This document shows positions 25,361 to 34,294 of a stretch of DNA of 64,000 bases, piece by piece. This DNA is from Candidatus Binatia bacterium (lineage in GTDB: Bacteria > Vulcanimicrobiota > Vulcanimicrobiia > Vulcanimicrobiales > Vulcanimicrobiaceae). The DNA lies in NCBI GenBank assembly GCA_035544215.1, contig DATKHY010000003.1, forward strand, positions 697,878-761,877, given 5' to 3'. A program made the position numbers and the translations under genes. A model generated the notes under the pieces. That model saw only the letters and a program-made list of their open reading frames with translations. It was not told the DNA's origin and did not search any database. Numbering within the stretch: the stretch's first letter is position 1; every line of letters begins with the position of its first letter.

Positions 25361-26767
25361 ATGCGTTCTCGGACCATCGCGTTTTTGATGCTCGCCGGCG
25401 CGGTGCTCGCCGCGTGCGGCGGCGGCTCGACCTCGGTCCCCGCTACACAGCAGGCGGCGAGCCGTCATGCGAGCGGGGCGAGCGGCCATGGGAGCTCATC
25501 GAGCTCGCCGATTCAGCACGTCGTGATCGTGGTCCAGGAAAACCGCACCTTCAACGATTTGTTCGCCACGTTTCCGGGCGGGGACGGAACGACGTACGGC
25601 AAGGTCGAGGCGAATCCCAACTGCAGCCCGCCGATCCAAGCGGGAACGATCCCGCTCCAAAAGGTGCCGCTCAGCGTCCCGAGTGACATGAATCATTCGT
25701 ATCCCGCGTATCAACAGGCGCGGGATAGCGGTAACATGGACGGCTTCGACCTGGTTCACTCCAAAGGCGGCGCCGGGCCGCCGGAGTGCACGTTTCCATA
25801 TCAGTATACCGACCCCGGGGCCATCGTACCCTACTGGGACATGGCCGAGCAGTACGCCTTGGCCGAGCACATGTACACGACCCAGGGCAGCGACAGCTTC
25901 ACCGCGCATCAGGACCTGATTCGCGGCGGCACGGAGGTCGAGCGGGGCAAGGCGCTGGTCGACCTCCCGACCTGCGGCATCTGCTGGTGGGGCTGCGACG
26001 CGCGGAACGGCACGACCACGCATCTCGTGACCAAGCTGGGCGCGTATCTGCGGCGTCCCGGTCCGTTTCCGTGTACCAGGCACTTCCAGATTCCGTATCC
26101 CACGCTGCGAAATCTGATGGATGCTAAACGCATCACGTGGAAATATTATCTGCCGGTGAAGACCGCGTCCTACGGCCAACTGATGAGCGCCTTCGACGTT
26201 ATCTGGCCCGTGCGCAACGGGCCGGAATGGAAGAATAACATCATCACCCCGCAGACGGCGATCTTCAACGATATCTCGAACGGGACGCTGCCGCAGGTGT
26301 CGTGGGTGATCCCGGACCAGAACGAGTCGGACCATCCCCACACCTCCCAGGACACCGGGCCTTCGTGGGTCGCGAGCATCGTGAACGCGATCGGCCAGAG
26401 CACCTACTGGCAGCACACGGCGATCATCATCGTGTGGGACGATTGGGGCGGATTCTACGACAACATGCCACCCCAGCAGCTGGACTACGGGGGCCTGGGC
26501 TTTCGCGTGCCGGCGATCATCGTGTCGCCCTACGCCAAGCCGGGATATATTTCGACGACGAACTACGAGTTCGGCAGCATCCTGCGGTACATCGAGGACA
26601 ACTGGAATCTCGGGCAGCTGGGCACGAGCGACTCGCGCGCCGCCAGCCTCATCGACTCCTTCAACTACTCGCAGCCGCCGATCACGTTCGTCAAGATTCC
26701 GTCGCAGTACTCGAAAGAGTACTTCATCCGCGCTAAGTACTCGGGGCCGCCCGACACGGACATGTAA
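25361..26767 (+). CDS. Phosphoesterase family lipoprotein (phospholipase C / AcpA-type)
   Basis: ORF track gives 25328..26767; ATG 25361 gives MRSRTIAFLMLAGAVLAACGGG. Motifs: IQHVVIVVQENRTFNDLFATFPG, SWVIPDQNESDHP, WDDWGGFYD, GFRVPAIIVSPY. Confidence 0.9.
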   Translation: MRSRTIAFLMLAGAVLAACGGGSTSVPATQQAASRHASGASGHGSSSSSPIQHVVIVVQENRTFNDLFATFPGGDGTTYGKVEANPNCSPPIQAGTIPLQKVPLSVPSDMNHSYPAYQQARDSGNMDGFDLVHSKGGAGPPECTFPYQYTDPGAIVPYWDMAEQYALAEHMYTTQGSDSFTAHQDLIRGGTEVERGKALVDLPTCGICWWGCDARNGTTTHLVTKLGAYLRRPGPFPCTRHFQIPYPTLRNLMDAKRITWKYYLPVKTASYGQLMSAFDVIWPVRNGPEWKNNIITPQTAIFNDISNGTLPQVSWVIPDQNESDHPHTSQDTGPSWVASIVNAIGQSTYWQHTAIIIVWDDWGGFYDNMPPQQLDYGGLGFRVPAIIVSPYAKPGYISTTNYEFGSILRYIEDNWNLGQLGTSDSRAASLIDSFNYSQPPITFVKIPSQYSKEYFIRAKYSGPPDTDM

Positions 26768-26777
26768 CGCGGCTGAA

Positions 26778-26806
26778 TTTGCGGAAGCTTGTATTGCTTC
26801 CGCAAA
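26778..26806 (+). terminator. 11-bp hairpin after the phosphoesterase gene (no T-run)
   Basis: TTTGCGGAAGC-ttgtatt-GCTTCCGCAAA, starting 11 nt after the stop. Confidence 0.35.
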
Positions 26807-26868
26807 GGCGCTCAAAGGCGAGTCGATGAACGTATTCGCCCCCAGGCTCTTTCAGGTGGAGTAACGTT

Positions 26869-27882
26869 GTGAATACGACCCCTTTAGTGAAATACGCCGG
26901 TGCTCTGTTTGCGCTTGGGATTTGCTCGGCATGCGTCAGCTCAGCGGGGGCACCGTCAACCGCTGCGCTCAACGTACGATACGTCGGTAAGACGCTCTGG
27001 CTGAACGGAAGGCCTGTAACTGCGGCGCGGGTGAATCTGAACCCCGCGCCCCGTTACGCGACGCTTTTCCCCGACCGGCGCGCCAGGTCGAAGTTTGAAT
27101 ACGTCATTAATTTCTACGGTACCTACGCCAGCATCTTCGACTACCCGAAGAGCACGAAGCAGATCGGTACGATCAATAACGTCGGCGGCCAAGGCTGCAC
27201 CAACGTCCTCTACGGCTATGGGAGGCAGACTTTTTGGATCGTGGCGGGCCAAAACCAGATCACGCAGTACCAGGTCCCCCAGACGCCGATCAAGACGCTC
27301 GATGCGCCCGCCGGGAGTATGCCGTCTAGCTGCGCCATGAATGCCGCCGGCGACCTTGCCGTCGGGATCTTGAACGGCACCGACGAGGGCGACGTCGTAA
27401 TCTATAACCACGCGAGCGGCTCGGGCAAGGTTTACACCACGCCGATGGACGAAGAATTCTTCGACGGCTACGACAACCAGGGGAATCTCTTTGCCGACGG
27501 CTTCACCGGCTTCCGCTCGGGCTTCGCGCTCACCGTACTCCCGAAGGGTGGCAACAAGTTCCTGTTGGTCACAACGAGCAACGCTGTGGGGTTCCCCGGC
27601 TCCGTGGAGTGGGACGGCACGTACCTCACCGTCTTCGATCAGAATGCAAACGCGGTCTATCAATACTCGGTCAGCGGAACGATTGCGACGTTGAAGGGCA
27701 CGGTATCCCTCAAGGGTTCCAGCGACTGCGGCCAGACCTGGATCGTCAAAGGCCTCATCTACTGCGGGGATGCGGGTAACAACGGCGGCGAGGTTTTCAA
27801 GTACCCAGCCGGCGGTTCACCGATCGCCGTCTTTACGGGCAACTTCGACACCCCACTCGGAATGGTGGCAGCAGCAAAATAA
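26869..27882 (+). CDS. P1-family lipoprotein, tandem copy B1
   Basis: 337 aa, GTG start preceded by GGAGTAACGTT. Signal ends in a CSAC motif. P1 motifs: IFDYPKSTKQIG, SSCAMNAAGDLAVG, YDNQGNLFADG, LPKGGNKF, VEWDGTYLTV, FKYPAGGSPIAVF. Confidence 0.85.
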   Translation: MNTTPLVKYAGALFALGICSACVSSAGAPSTAALNVRYVGKTLWLNGRPVTAARVNLNPAPRYATLFPDRRARSKFEYVINFYGTYASIFDYPKSTKQIGTINNVGGQGCTNVLYGYGRQTFWIVAGQNQITQYQVPQTPIKTLDAPAGSMPSSCAMNAAGDLAVGILNGTDEGDVVIYNHASGSGKVYTTPMDEEFFDGYDNQGNLFADGFTGFRSGFALTVLPKGGNKFLLVTTSNAVGFPGSVEWDGTYLTVFDQNANAVYQYSVSGTIATLKGTVSLKGSSDCGQTWIVKGLIYCGDAGNNGGEVFKYPAGGSPIAVFTGNFDTPLGMVAAAK

Positions 27883-27886
27883 CGCT

Positions 27887-28867
27887 GTGAATACGTCCGG
27901 TTTAGTAAAACGCGCCGGTGCTCCGTTTGCACTTGCTCTGTGTTCGGCGTGCGGCGCCCCGCAGCCAGCCGCTGCGCTCAATGCAGGATACGTCGCGGTA
28001 ACGGCCGCGCGGGTGAATCTGAATCCGCTGCCCCGTTACGCGACGACTGTTCCCGAGCTACGTGCGAAGGGGACCTTTGAGTACGTCATCAACTTCTATG
28101 GGACCTACGCCGGCATCTTCGACTACCCGAAGAGCACGAAGCAGATCGGTACGATCAATAACGTCGGGGGCCAGGGCTGCACGAACGTCCTCTACGGCTA
28201 TGGACGGAAGACCTTCTGGATCGTGGCGGGCGTCAACCAGATCACGGAGTACGAGATTCCCCAGAAGCCGATCAAGACGCTCGAGGCGCCCGCCGGCAGT
28301 ATGCCGTCAAGCTGCGCTATGAATTTCGCCGGAGACCTGGCCGTTGGGATCTTGAACTACACGGACGCAGGCGACGTCGTGATCTACAAACACGCGAGCG
28401 GCTCCGGCACCGTTTTCCCCACACCGCTGGCCAAAGAGTTCTTCGACGGCTACGACAACCAAGGAAATCTCTTTGCCGACGGCTCTAACCGCATCCGTTC
28501 GGGCGCCTTCGAGCTCGTTGAACTCCCGAAGGGCAGCAGTAAGTTCGAAACGATCGCAACGAGCAACGTTGTGGGGTTCCCTGGCTCCGTGCAGTGGGAC
28601 GGCAAATACCTCACGATCCTCTCTCAGAGCCAGAACTCGATCTATCGGTACACGGTCAGCGGAGCGAAGGCGGCGTTGAAGGACACCGTTATGCTGCGGG
28701 GTGCCGCCGATTGCGCGCAGACCTGGATCGTCAAGGGCCTCGTCTACTGTGCGGATGCGGGTAACAATATTGGCGCGGTTTACAAGTATCCGGCCGGCGG
28801 TTCACCGATTGCCGTCTTTACGGGCAATTTCGACAGCCCGCTCGGCGTGGTAGCAGCAGCGAAATAA
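27887..28867 (+). CDS. P1-family lipoprotein, tandem copy B2
   Basis: The in-frame GTG at 27887 (VNTSGLVKRAG...CSACGAP) lies 4 nt after the B1 stop. A 53-nt run is identical to B1 (28115-28167 vs 27133-27185). It lacks about 8 aa (RYVGKTLWLNGRP region) relative to B1/B3/B4. Confidence 0.85.
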   Translation: MNTSGLVKRAGAPFALALCSACGAPQPAAALNAGYVAVTAARVNLNPLPRYATTVPELRAKGTFEYVINFYGTYAGIFDYPKSTKQIGTINNVGGQGCTNVLYGYGRKTFWIVAGVNQITEYEIPQKPIKTLEAPAGSMPSSCAMNFAGDLAVGILNYTDAGDVVIYKHASGSGTVFPTPLAKEFFDGYDNQGNLFADGSNRIRSGAFELVELPKGSSKFETIATSNVVGFPGSVQWDGKYLTILSQSQNSIYRYTVSGAKAALKDTVMLRGAADCAQTWIVKGLVYCADAGNNIGAVYKYPAGGSPIAVFTGNFDSPLGVVAAAK

Positions 28868-28895
28868 TCTGGATTTATCGCTAAGGAGTAACGTT

Positions 28896-29918
28896 GTGAA
28901 TAGGACTGATCTATTGAAATACGCCGGTGCTCTAGTTGCACTAGCGCTATGTTCGGCATGCGGAGGCGCCCTTCGGCAGGCTCAGGGTGACATGGCCCCG
29001 TCAACCGCAGCGCTCAATGCACGGTACATTGGTAGAACGCTCTTCGTGAACGGAACGCCGGTAACGGCCGCGCGGGTGAATCTGAATCCGCTGCCCCGTT
29101 ACGCGACGCTTTTCCCTGACCTGCAAGCGAAGTCGAAGTTTGAGTATGTCATCAACTTCTACGGTACGTACGCCAGCATCTTCGACTACCCCAAGAGCAC
29201 GAAACAGATCGGTACGATCAATAACGTCGGCGGACAAGGGTGCACGAACGTCCTCTGGGGTTATGGGAAGAGGACCTTCTGGATCGTCGCGGGAGCTCAA
29301 CAGATCTCGTTGTACCTGGTCCCCCAGAAGCTTCTCCGGACGCTCTCCGTGCCCACCGGTATGCCATCGAGCTGTGCCATGAATTTCGCCGGCGACCTTG
29401 CGGTTGGGATCTTGAACTACACCAACGCGGGCGACGTCGTGATCTTCAAGCACGCGGGCGGCGCGGGCACCTATTATCCCACGCAGTTGACCAGAGAGTA
29501 CTTCGACGGCTACGACAACAAGGGGAATCTCTTCGCCGACGGTTTTAGGAGTAGTGGGTTCGGGCTCGTCGAGCTTCCGAAGGGCAGCAGCAAGTTCCAA
29601 CTGATCACAACGAGCAACAGAGTGGGGTTCCCCGGCTCCGTGCAGTGGGACGGCAAGTACCTCACCGTCCTCGATCAGTACGGGAACTCGATCTATCAAT
29701 ATACCGTCAGCGGAACGAGGGCGACGCTGAAGGGCACCGTGTCGCTCAAGGGTGCCGGTGATTGCGCGCAGACCTGGATCGTTAAGGGGCTCGTGTATTG
29801 CGGGGATGCAACTGACAACAATGGCTCGGTCTACAGGTACCCCGCCGGCGGTTCGCCGATTGCCGTCTTTACGGGCAATTTCGACACCCCGCTCGGCGTG
29901 GTGGCAGCGGAGAAATAA
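28896..29918 (+). CDS. P1-family lipoprotein, tandem copy B3
   Basis: 340 aa, GTG preceded by AAGGAGTAACGTT. The architecture matches B1, with an extra GGALRQAQGDM segment after the CSAC motif. Confidence 0.85.
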   Translation: MNRTDLLKYAGALVALALCSACGGALRQAQGDMAPSTAALNARYIGRTLFVNGTPVTAARVNLNPLPRYATLFPDLQAKSKFEYVINFYGTYASIFDYPKSTKQIGTINNVGGQGCTNVLWGYGKRTFWIVAGAQQISLYLVPQKLLRTLSVPTGMPSSCAMNFAGDLAVGILNYTNAGDVVIFKHAGGAGTYYPTQLTREYFDGYDNKGNLFADGFRSSGFGLVELPKGSSKFQLITTSNRVGFPGSVQWDGKYLTVLDQYGNSIYQYTVSGTRATLKGTVSLKGAGDCAQTWIVKGLVYCGDATDNNGSVYRYPAGGSPIAVFTGNFDTPLGVVAAEK

Positions 29919-29922
29919 CGGC

Positions 29923-31083
29923 CTATTGCTCCAGTTCTTGCAGCGTGTTCGTCTTCGTATCGGTATAGAATAGGGCCGTATCGCTATCGCTCGTGCCGGT
30001 CGCAACGAGTCCGAAGATGTGAGCAGTCGGGCTCGTGTCGATTGTCTTTGTGTCAAGAATCTTTCCCGTCGGTGTTAGCTCCACCAGCGTGTTTCCGCCT
30101 TTCGTATTCGCAACGATGAGGTTTCCGTTCGGTAGGAGAGCAGAAGCTACGGGTGCATCCAGCGGAGAGCCACTATAGACGAGCTTCGCGCACGTGTGCT
30201 TTGGGTGAAGGCATCTGAATCTCTTACCACCGGGTTGCACGACGATCTCGTCCTTCTCAAGTAGTTGGCTGGCGGTCGAAACGGCGACGATCGTGTTGTC
30301 GACCCCGTCCACGATATAAAGCGTGTCGTTGCAAAGAGTACCGATTCTAGTGCTATTGTATTGAATTCCGGATGGGCCCAAGACACTCCATCCGGAGCCC
30401 TTATTGACGCCGAAACCGGTTATCACTTGGGTCACTTTCGCGTGGCCGGAGCGACTGACGGGGATGAACGCCAATTTAATAATTGAGCCGGTCTTGGAAT
30501 CTGCAATGTAGATGTCCTCAGGCGCGTAGGGAAGACCGCAGAATGCATCGGCGTCGTCGAACGGAACCTGGATGGGAGAGCCATAAGTTTTCTTCAGCGC
30601 GCCGGTTGGATCGAACTTCGAAACGCGACCGCTGCTCAGCCCCGCGCCGTATACGTAATTTGTCGCGGTGGTGGCGTCACTGTCGCAGCCCTCAATCTTA
30701 CGACTTTGGGCAAAAGTCCTTAGCGTGGAGTGCGGGCGTGGATCGAGTACTTCGATCGTCGTACCTTTCCCGGCGGTGCCCGCAGCGTCGTCGAAGTTGC
30801 AAACGACCAGCTGCCCTTTCTTGAGCCCAAAGGTCGATCGGGCGACCGAAATCGCGCGGGGGCCCATGTCGCCGTTCTTCGGATCGACCGTCGAGCCGAT
30901 TCTCACGTCCTTAGTAAGTTTTTTCAGAATCGACGTGTTGTCGTCTGGAATGATGGAACTCGCGCCTAGCGCGGAGACTTGCGACGTGTCGGAGACCGGA
31001 ACTGTTGTGTTTCCTCCACACGCCGAAGTTGCAAACAGCGCTCCCGCGGTTAGGATAAGTGCGCGATTGTTAAAAGTTGGCAT
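29923..31083 (-). CDS. NHL/beta-propeller-like lipoprotein
   Basis: Trimmed to ATG 31083 (MPTFNNRALILTAGALFATSACGG; AGGAG upstream). NHL-like blades are present, e.g. ALLPNGNLIVANTKGGNTLVELTPTG. It interrupts the B1-B4 array on the opposite strand. Confidence 0.75.
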   Translation of the reverse strand: MPTFNNRALILTAGALFATSACGGNTTVPVSDTSQVSALGASSIIPDDNTSILKKLTKDVRIGSTVDPKNGDMGPRAISVARSTFGLKKGQLVVCNFDDAAGTAGKGTTIEVLDPRPHSTLRTFAQSRKIEGCDSDATTATNYVYGAGLSSGRVSKFDPTGALKKTYGSPIQVPFDDADAFCGLPYAPEDIYIADSKTGSIIKLAFIPVSRSGHAKVTQVITGFGVNKGSGWSVLGPSGIQYNSTRIGTLCNDTLYIVDGVDNTIVAVSTASQLLEKDEIVVQPGGKRFRCLHPKHTCAKLVYSGSPLDAPVASALLPNGNLIVANTKGGNTLVELTPTGKILDTKTIDTSPTAHIFGLVATGTSDSDTALFYTDTKTNTLQELEQ

Positions 31084-31251
31084 CCCAAAAAGCTCGCTCC
31101 TAAGACAGTGCTGACGATGCGGGCTTCGAAGTGCCTCTTTCGTCGCCTGCAAGAGCGAGCGACCGCACGCTCTAGTCGCCCAGGCATCAGCGAACACTAC
31201 CCAAAAGCAATCCCAAAGCACGGAAAAGGTCTTCTTCCAGGGAGTAACGCC

Positions 31252-32262
31252 ATGAATACGCCCGGTTTAGTAAAATGCGCCGGCGCTCTGCTTGCACTCG
31301 CGATGTGCTCGGCGTGCTGGAGCTCGGCAGGCGCGCCGTCAGCCGCTGCGCTCAGCGCACGATACGTCGGTAGGACGCTCTTCGTGAATGGAAAGCCCGT
31401 AACCGCAGCGCGCGTGAATCTGAGCCCGTTGCGCCGTTCCGCGACAACTGTTCCTGACCGGGATTTGGACTCGAGGACCTTTGAGTACGTTATCAACGAT
31501 TACGGTACCTACGCCGGCATCTTCAAATATCCGAACAGCGATAAGGAAATCGGTAAGATCACTAACGTCGGTGGCCAAGGCTGCACGAACGTCCTCTACG
31601 GCTACGGGAAGAAGATTTTCTGGATCGTCGCGGCCTTTAACCAGATCACGGAATACACCATCCTCAAGAAGCCGCTCAAGACGCTCTCCGATTCCGTCGG
31701 TATGCCATCCAGCTGCGCCATGAATACCAGCGGCGACCTTGCCGTCGGGATCTTGAATGGCAGCGGCGCGGGCGACGTCGTGATCTACAAGAACGCGAGC
31801 GGCTCGGGCACCGTTTACACCACGCCCTTGGCCAGCGAGTTCTTCGACGGCTACGACAGCCAGGGGAATCTCTTCGCCGACGGCTTTTCCAGTGCCAGTG
31901 GCTTCAGGCTCGTCGAGCTCCCGAAGGGCGGCACTAAATTCCAAACGATCGCCACAAGCAACAGCGTGCAGTTCCCAGGCTCCGTGCAGTGGGACGGCAA
32001 GTACGTCACAGTCCTCGATCAGCTATCCAACGCGATCTACCAGTACACCATCAGCGGAACGAACGCAACGTTGCAGGGCACGGTATCGTTCCAGGGCTCC
32101 AGCGACTGCGCGCAGAGCTGGAACGTTAAGAACCTCGTCTACTGCGGGGATGCGGGGACCAACGACGGCGAGGTTTTCAAGTACCCCGCCGGCGGTTCAC
32201 CCGTTGCGACCTTTACCGGCGGTTTCGACCTACCGCTCGGCGTGGTGGCAGTAGAGAGATAA
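31252..32262 (+). CDS. P1-family lipoprotein, tandem copy B4
   Basis: ORF track gives 31108..32262; ATG 31252 gives MNTPGLVKCAGALLALAMCSAC. Same motif set as B1-B3 (SSCAMNTSGDLAVG, YDSQGNLFADG, ELPKGGTKF, VQWDGKYVTV, FKYPAGGSPVATF). Confidence 0.85.
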   Translation: MNTPGLVKCAGALLALAMCSACWSSAGAPSAAALSARYVGRTLFVNGKPVTAARVNLSPLRRSATTVPDRDLDSRTFEYVINDYGTYAGIFKYPNSDKEIGKITNVGGQGCTNVLYGYGKKIFWIVAAFNQITEYTILKKPLKTLSDSVGMPSSCAMNTSGDLAVGILNGSGAGDVVIYKNASGSGTVYTTPLASEFFDGYDSQGNLFADGFSSASGFRLVELPKGGTKFQTIATSNSVQFPGSVQWDGKYVTVLDQLSNAIYQYTISGTNATLQGTVSFQGSSDCAQSWNVKNLVYCGDAGTNDGEVFKYPAGGSPVATFTGGFDLPLGVVAVER

Positions 32263-32325
32263 CTTTTCACGGCGGTTAACGTGCACCGCTAGCGCAAAGC
32301 AACTCAACGCCGAAGACCTCCTGCG

Positions 32326-33273
32326 CTACCAACTGATAACGACGAGGCCGTTTGTGGTCGCGTTTTTCCAGCCTTGCCAACTCTGGAAGCGCGTGGCACT
32401 TGGCTCGATGTAGGACGAACCTCCGCCGCCGCCACCACCGCCGTAGCCGTATGTGTAAAAACCCCCAGTGCCGCCGCCGCCCCCACCGCCGCCGTAATAA
32501 CCACCGCCGCCGCCGCCACCAGTGCCACCGACGGGCTTGCAAAACTTTCCCTTCTGACAGCCTTTCCCGCCGCCGCCACCGCGGCCGACCGAGCCGTTAG
32601 CCCCCGGCCGCGGGTAAGTTGAGCTTCCGGCGATACCACCTTGTCCGCCACTCTCTTGCGTGCCACCCCCGCCTCCCACACCCCACTCGCCGGGGCAGCA
32701 TCGCGGATCTCCGGCAGCGCCTATGCTGCCCCCGCCCTTTCCGCCCGCGCCCCAGTAGCTTCCAAATGCTTCGCCACCTTGGCCGCCGCCGCCGCCGGCA
32801 ACGACAATGCGATCCGTCAACCGATCGCCGCCTTCGCGAATATCGGACGCGCCCCCACCACCAAATCCGTCGTTATATCCGTGGCGGTTCATGCCGGCGT
32901 GCGCGCCGCCGTTGAATCCGCCCGCGGCCCCGGACGGCTGCCCACCGACGAAGACTGCCAGCGTCTCGTCGGGCGTAACCGGGATAATCGCAAAGACGCG
33001 ACCGCCGGTGGCGAAGACCGTACTGCTGCGATCGCCATGGCCTCCCGCGGCGCCGCGAACGACGACTTCAATCTTCGTCACGGAAACCGGTACTCTAAAA
33101 TCCTGCTCCTTGCCAGTGTAGTTAAACGTGCGGTTACGCGGATACGTAGCCGGGCTAATCGCACGGCTTTCCGGCATTGCGCCTGGAGCAGCGATAGGTG
33201 GTTGCGACCCGCAGCCTGCGAGCAATGCAGCTGCCGCGCCGATTGTAAGCGCGTTGCGACCCAGTGTCCCCAT
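32326..33273 (-). CDS. Glycine-rich lipoprotein (Gly_rich / ALK-type glycine-rich domain-like)
   Basis: Trimmed to ATG 33273: MGTLGRNALTIGAAAALLAGCGS. Then FNYTGKEQDFRVPVSVTKIEVVVRGAAGG...GGRVFAIIPVTPDETLAVFVGG...GGGGASDIREGGDRLTDRIVVAGGGGG, followed by poly-Gly and the tail SSYIEPSATRFQSWQGWKNATTNGLVVISW. Confidence 0.75.
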   Translation of the reverse strand: MGTLGRNALTIGAAAALLAGCGSQPPIAAPGAMPESRAISPATYPRNRTFNYTGKEQDFRVPVSVTKIEVVVRGAAGGHGDRSSTVFATGGRVFAIIPVTPDETLAVFVGGQPSGAAGGFNGGAHAGMNRHGYNDGFGGGGASDIREGGDRLTDRIVVAGGGGGQGGEAFGSYWGAGGKGGGSIGAAGDPRCCPGEWGVGGGGGTQESGGQGGIAGSSTYPRPGANGSVGRGGGGGKGCQKGKFCKPVGGTGGGGGGGYYGGGGGGGGTGGFYTYGYGGGGGGGGSSYIEPSATRFQSWQGWKNATTNGLVVISW

Positions 33274-33313
33274 AAAGCGATGCCTCCCGAAGCAGAACGG
33301 ACCAGCGGCTAGG

Positions 33314-33340
33314 AACGTTCGACGGCGCCGCATTCGTTCC
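33314..33340 (-). promoter_or_regulatory. ECF-like promoter candidate GGAAC-N18-CGTT in a conserved leader
   Basis: In gene orientation: GGAACGAATGCGGCGCCGTCGAACGTTCC. It lies about 40 nt upstream of ATG 33273, within a leader that is about 80 percent identical (by eye) to the one at 55785-55853. Confidence 0.3.
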
Positions 33341-33403
33341 AGCGTCTAAGGCAGGCGAGCCATCGCTTGAAACCGCTCGCGTTCTTCGTACCTTCGATAG
33401 CGT

Positions 33404-34294
33404 ATGAGTACGTCACAAACAGCTGGCGCGTCGACGCGTCCGGCGGCCGCGAGCGGCACGTTCAAAATCGGCGGAGACCTGCCGGTGCATCGCCTCGGCT
33501 TCGGCGCGATGCGCATCACCGGCAATGGCATCTGGGGACCGCCGGCTAACCATGACCAGGCGATCGCGGTGCTCAAAGCCGCGGTCGAACTCGGGGTTAC
33601 CATCATCGATACCGCCGACTCGTACGGCCCGCACGTCTCCGAAGAACTGATCGCCGAAGCCCTCTATCCGTATCCCGCCGACCTCGTCATCGCTACCAAA
33701 GCGGGCCTCGTTCGCCCCGGCCCGGGCAAGTGGGAGCCTGACGGCCGGCCGCAGCATTTGCGCGAAGCCGTCGATGGCAGCCTCAAACGGTTGCGCCTGG
33801 ATAGCATCGATCTTCTGCAGCTGCATCGTCCCGATCCCAAGGTGCCGTTCCACGATCAGGTCGGCACGCTCGTCGAGTTGCAGCACGAAGGCAAGATTCG
33901 CCACATCGGCCTCTCCAACGTCGGCATCGAGCAGATCAAAGCCGCTCGGCAACTCGCGCAGATCGTCTCGGTGCAGAATCTCTACAATCTCACCGACTGC
34001 GAGTCCGAAGACGTCGTCGAGTACTGCACGCGCGAAAACCTCGCGTTCATTCCGTGGTTCCCGCTCGCAACCGGCGATCTCGCCAAGCACGGCGGCGCGC
34101 TCGCGCAAATCGCGCACCGCTACAACGCCTTACCGTCGCAGGTCGCGCTTGCCTGGCTCTTGGCAAAATCGCCGGTGATCCTGCCGATTCCGGGCACATC
34201 TAAAGTCGAGCACCTCAAGGAGAACCTCGGCGCCGCCTTGCTGAAGCTGAGCGACGCGGATAAGGCCGCACTCAACGAAATAGCAACTGGGTGA
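33404..34294 (+). CDS. Aldo/keto reductase
   Basis: LGFGAMRITG...IIDTADSYG...LRLDSIDLLQLHRPD...IGLSNV are standard AKR motifs; 296 aa. Confidence 0.9.
   Translation: MSTSQTAGASTRPAAASGTFKIGGDLPVHRLGFGAMRITGNGIWGPPANHDQAIAVLKAAVELGVTIIDTADSYGPHVSEELIAEALYPYPADLVIATKAGLVRPGPGKWEPDGRPQHLREAVDGSLKRLRLDSIDLLQLHRPDPKVPFHDQVGTLVELQHEGKIRHIGLSNVGIEQIKAARQLAQIVSVQNLYNLTDCESEDVVEYCTRENLAFIPWFPLATGDLAKHGGALAQIAHRYNALPSQVALAWLLAKSPVILPIPGTSKVEHLKENLGAALLKLSDADKAALNEIATG

Noticed and set aside
25496-26815. 439-aa minus-strand ORF
   Set aside because: It is antisense to the phosphoesterase gene 25361..26767, which has clear family motifs. The frame is Arg-rich and low in complexity.
29001-30056. 351-aa minus-strand ORF (similar long antisense ORFs at 26956..27663 and 31339..31944)
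   Set aside because: These are mirror frames of the P1 paralogs B3, B1 and B4. They recur only because the sense genes are duplicated, and they have no signal or domain features.
32641-33312. Plus-strand ORFs across the glycine-rich genes (also 40009..40407 and 40326..40547)
   Set aside because: These Pro/Arg-rich translations simply mirror the GGN-rich sense strand. The sense frames carry lipoboxes and a conserved domain and tail.
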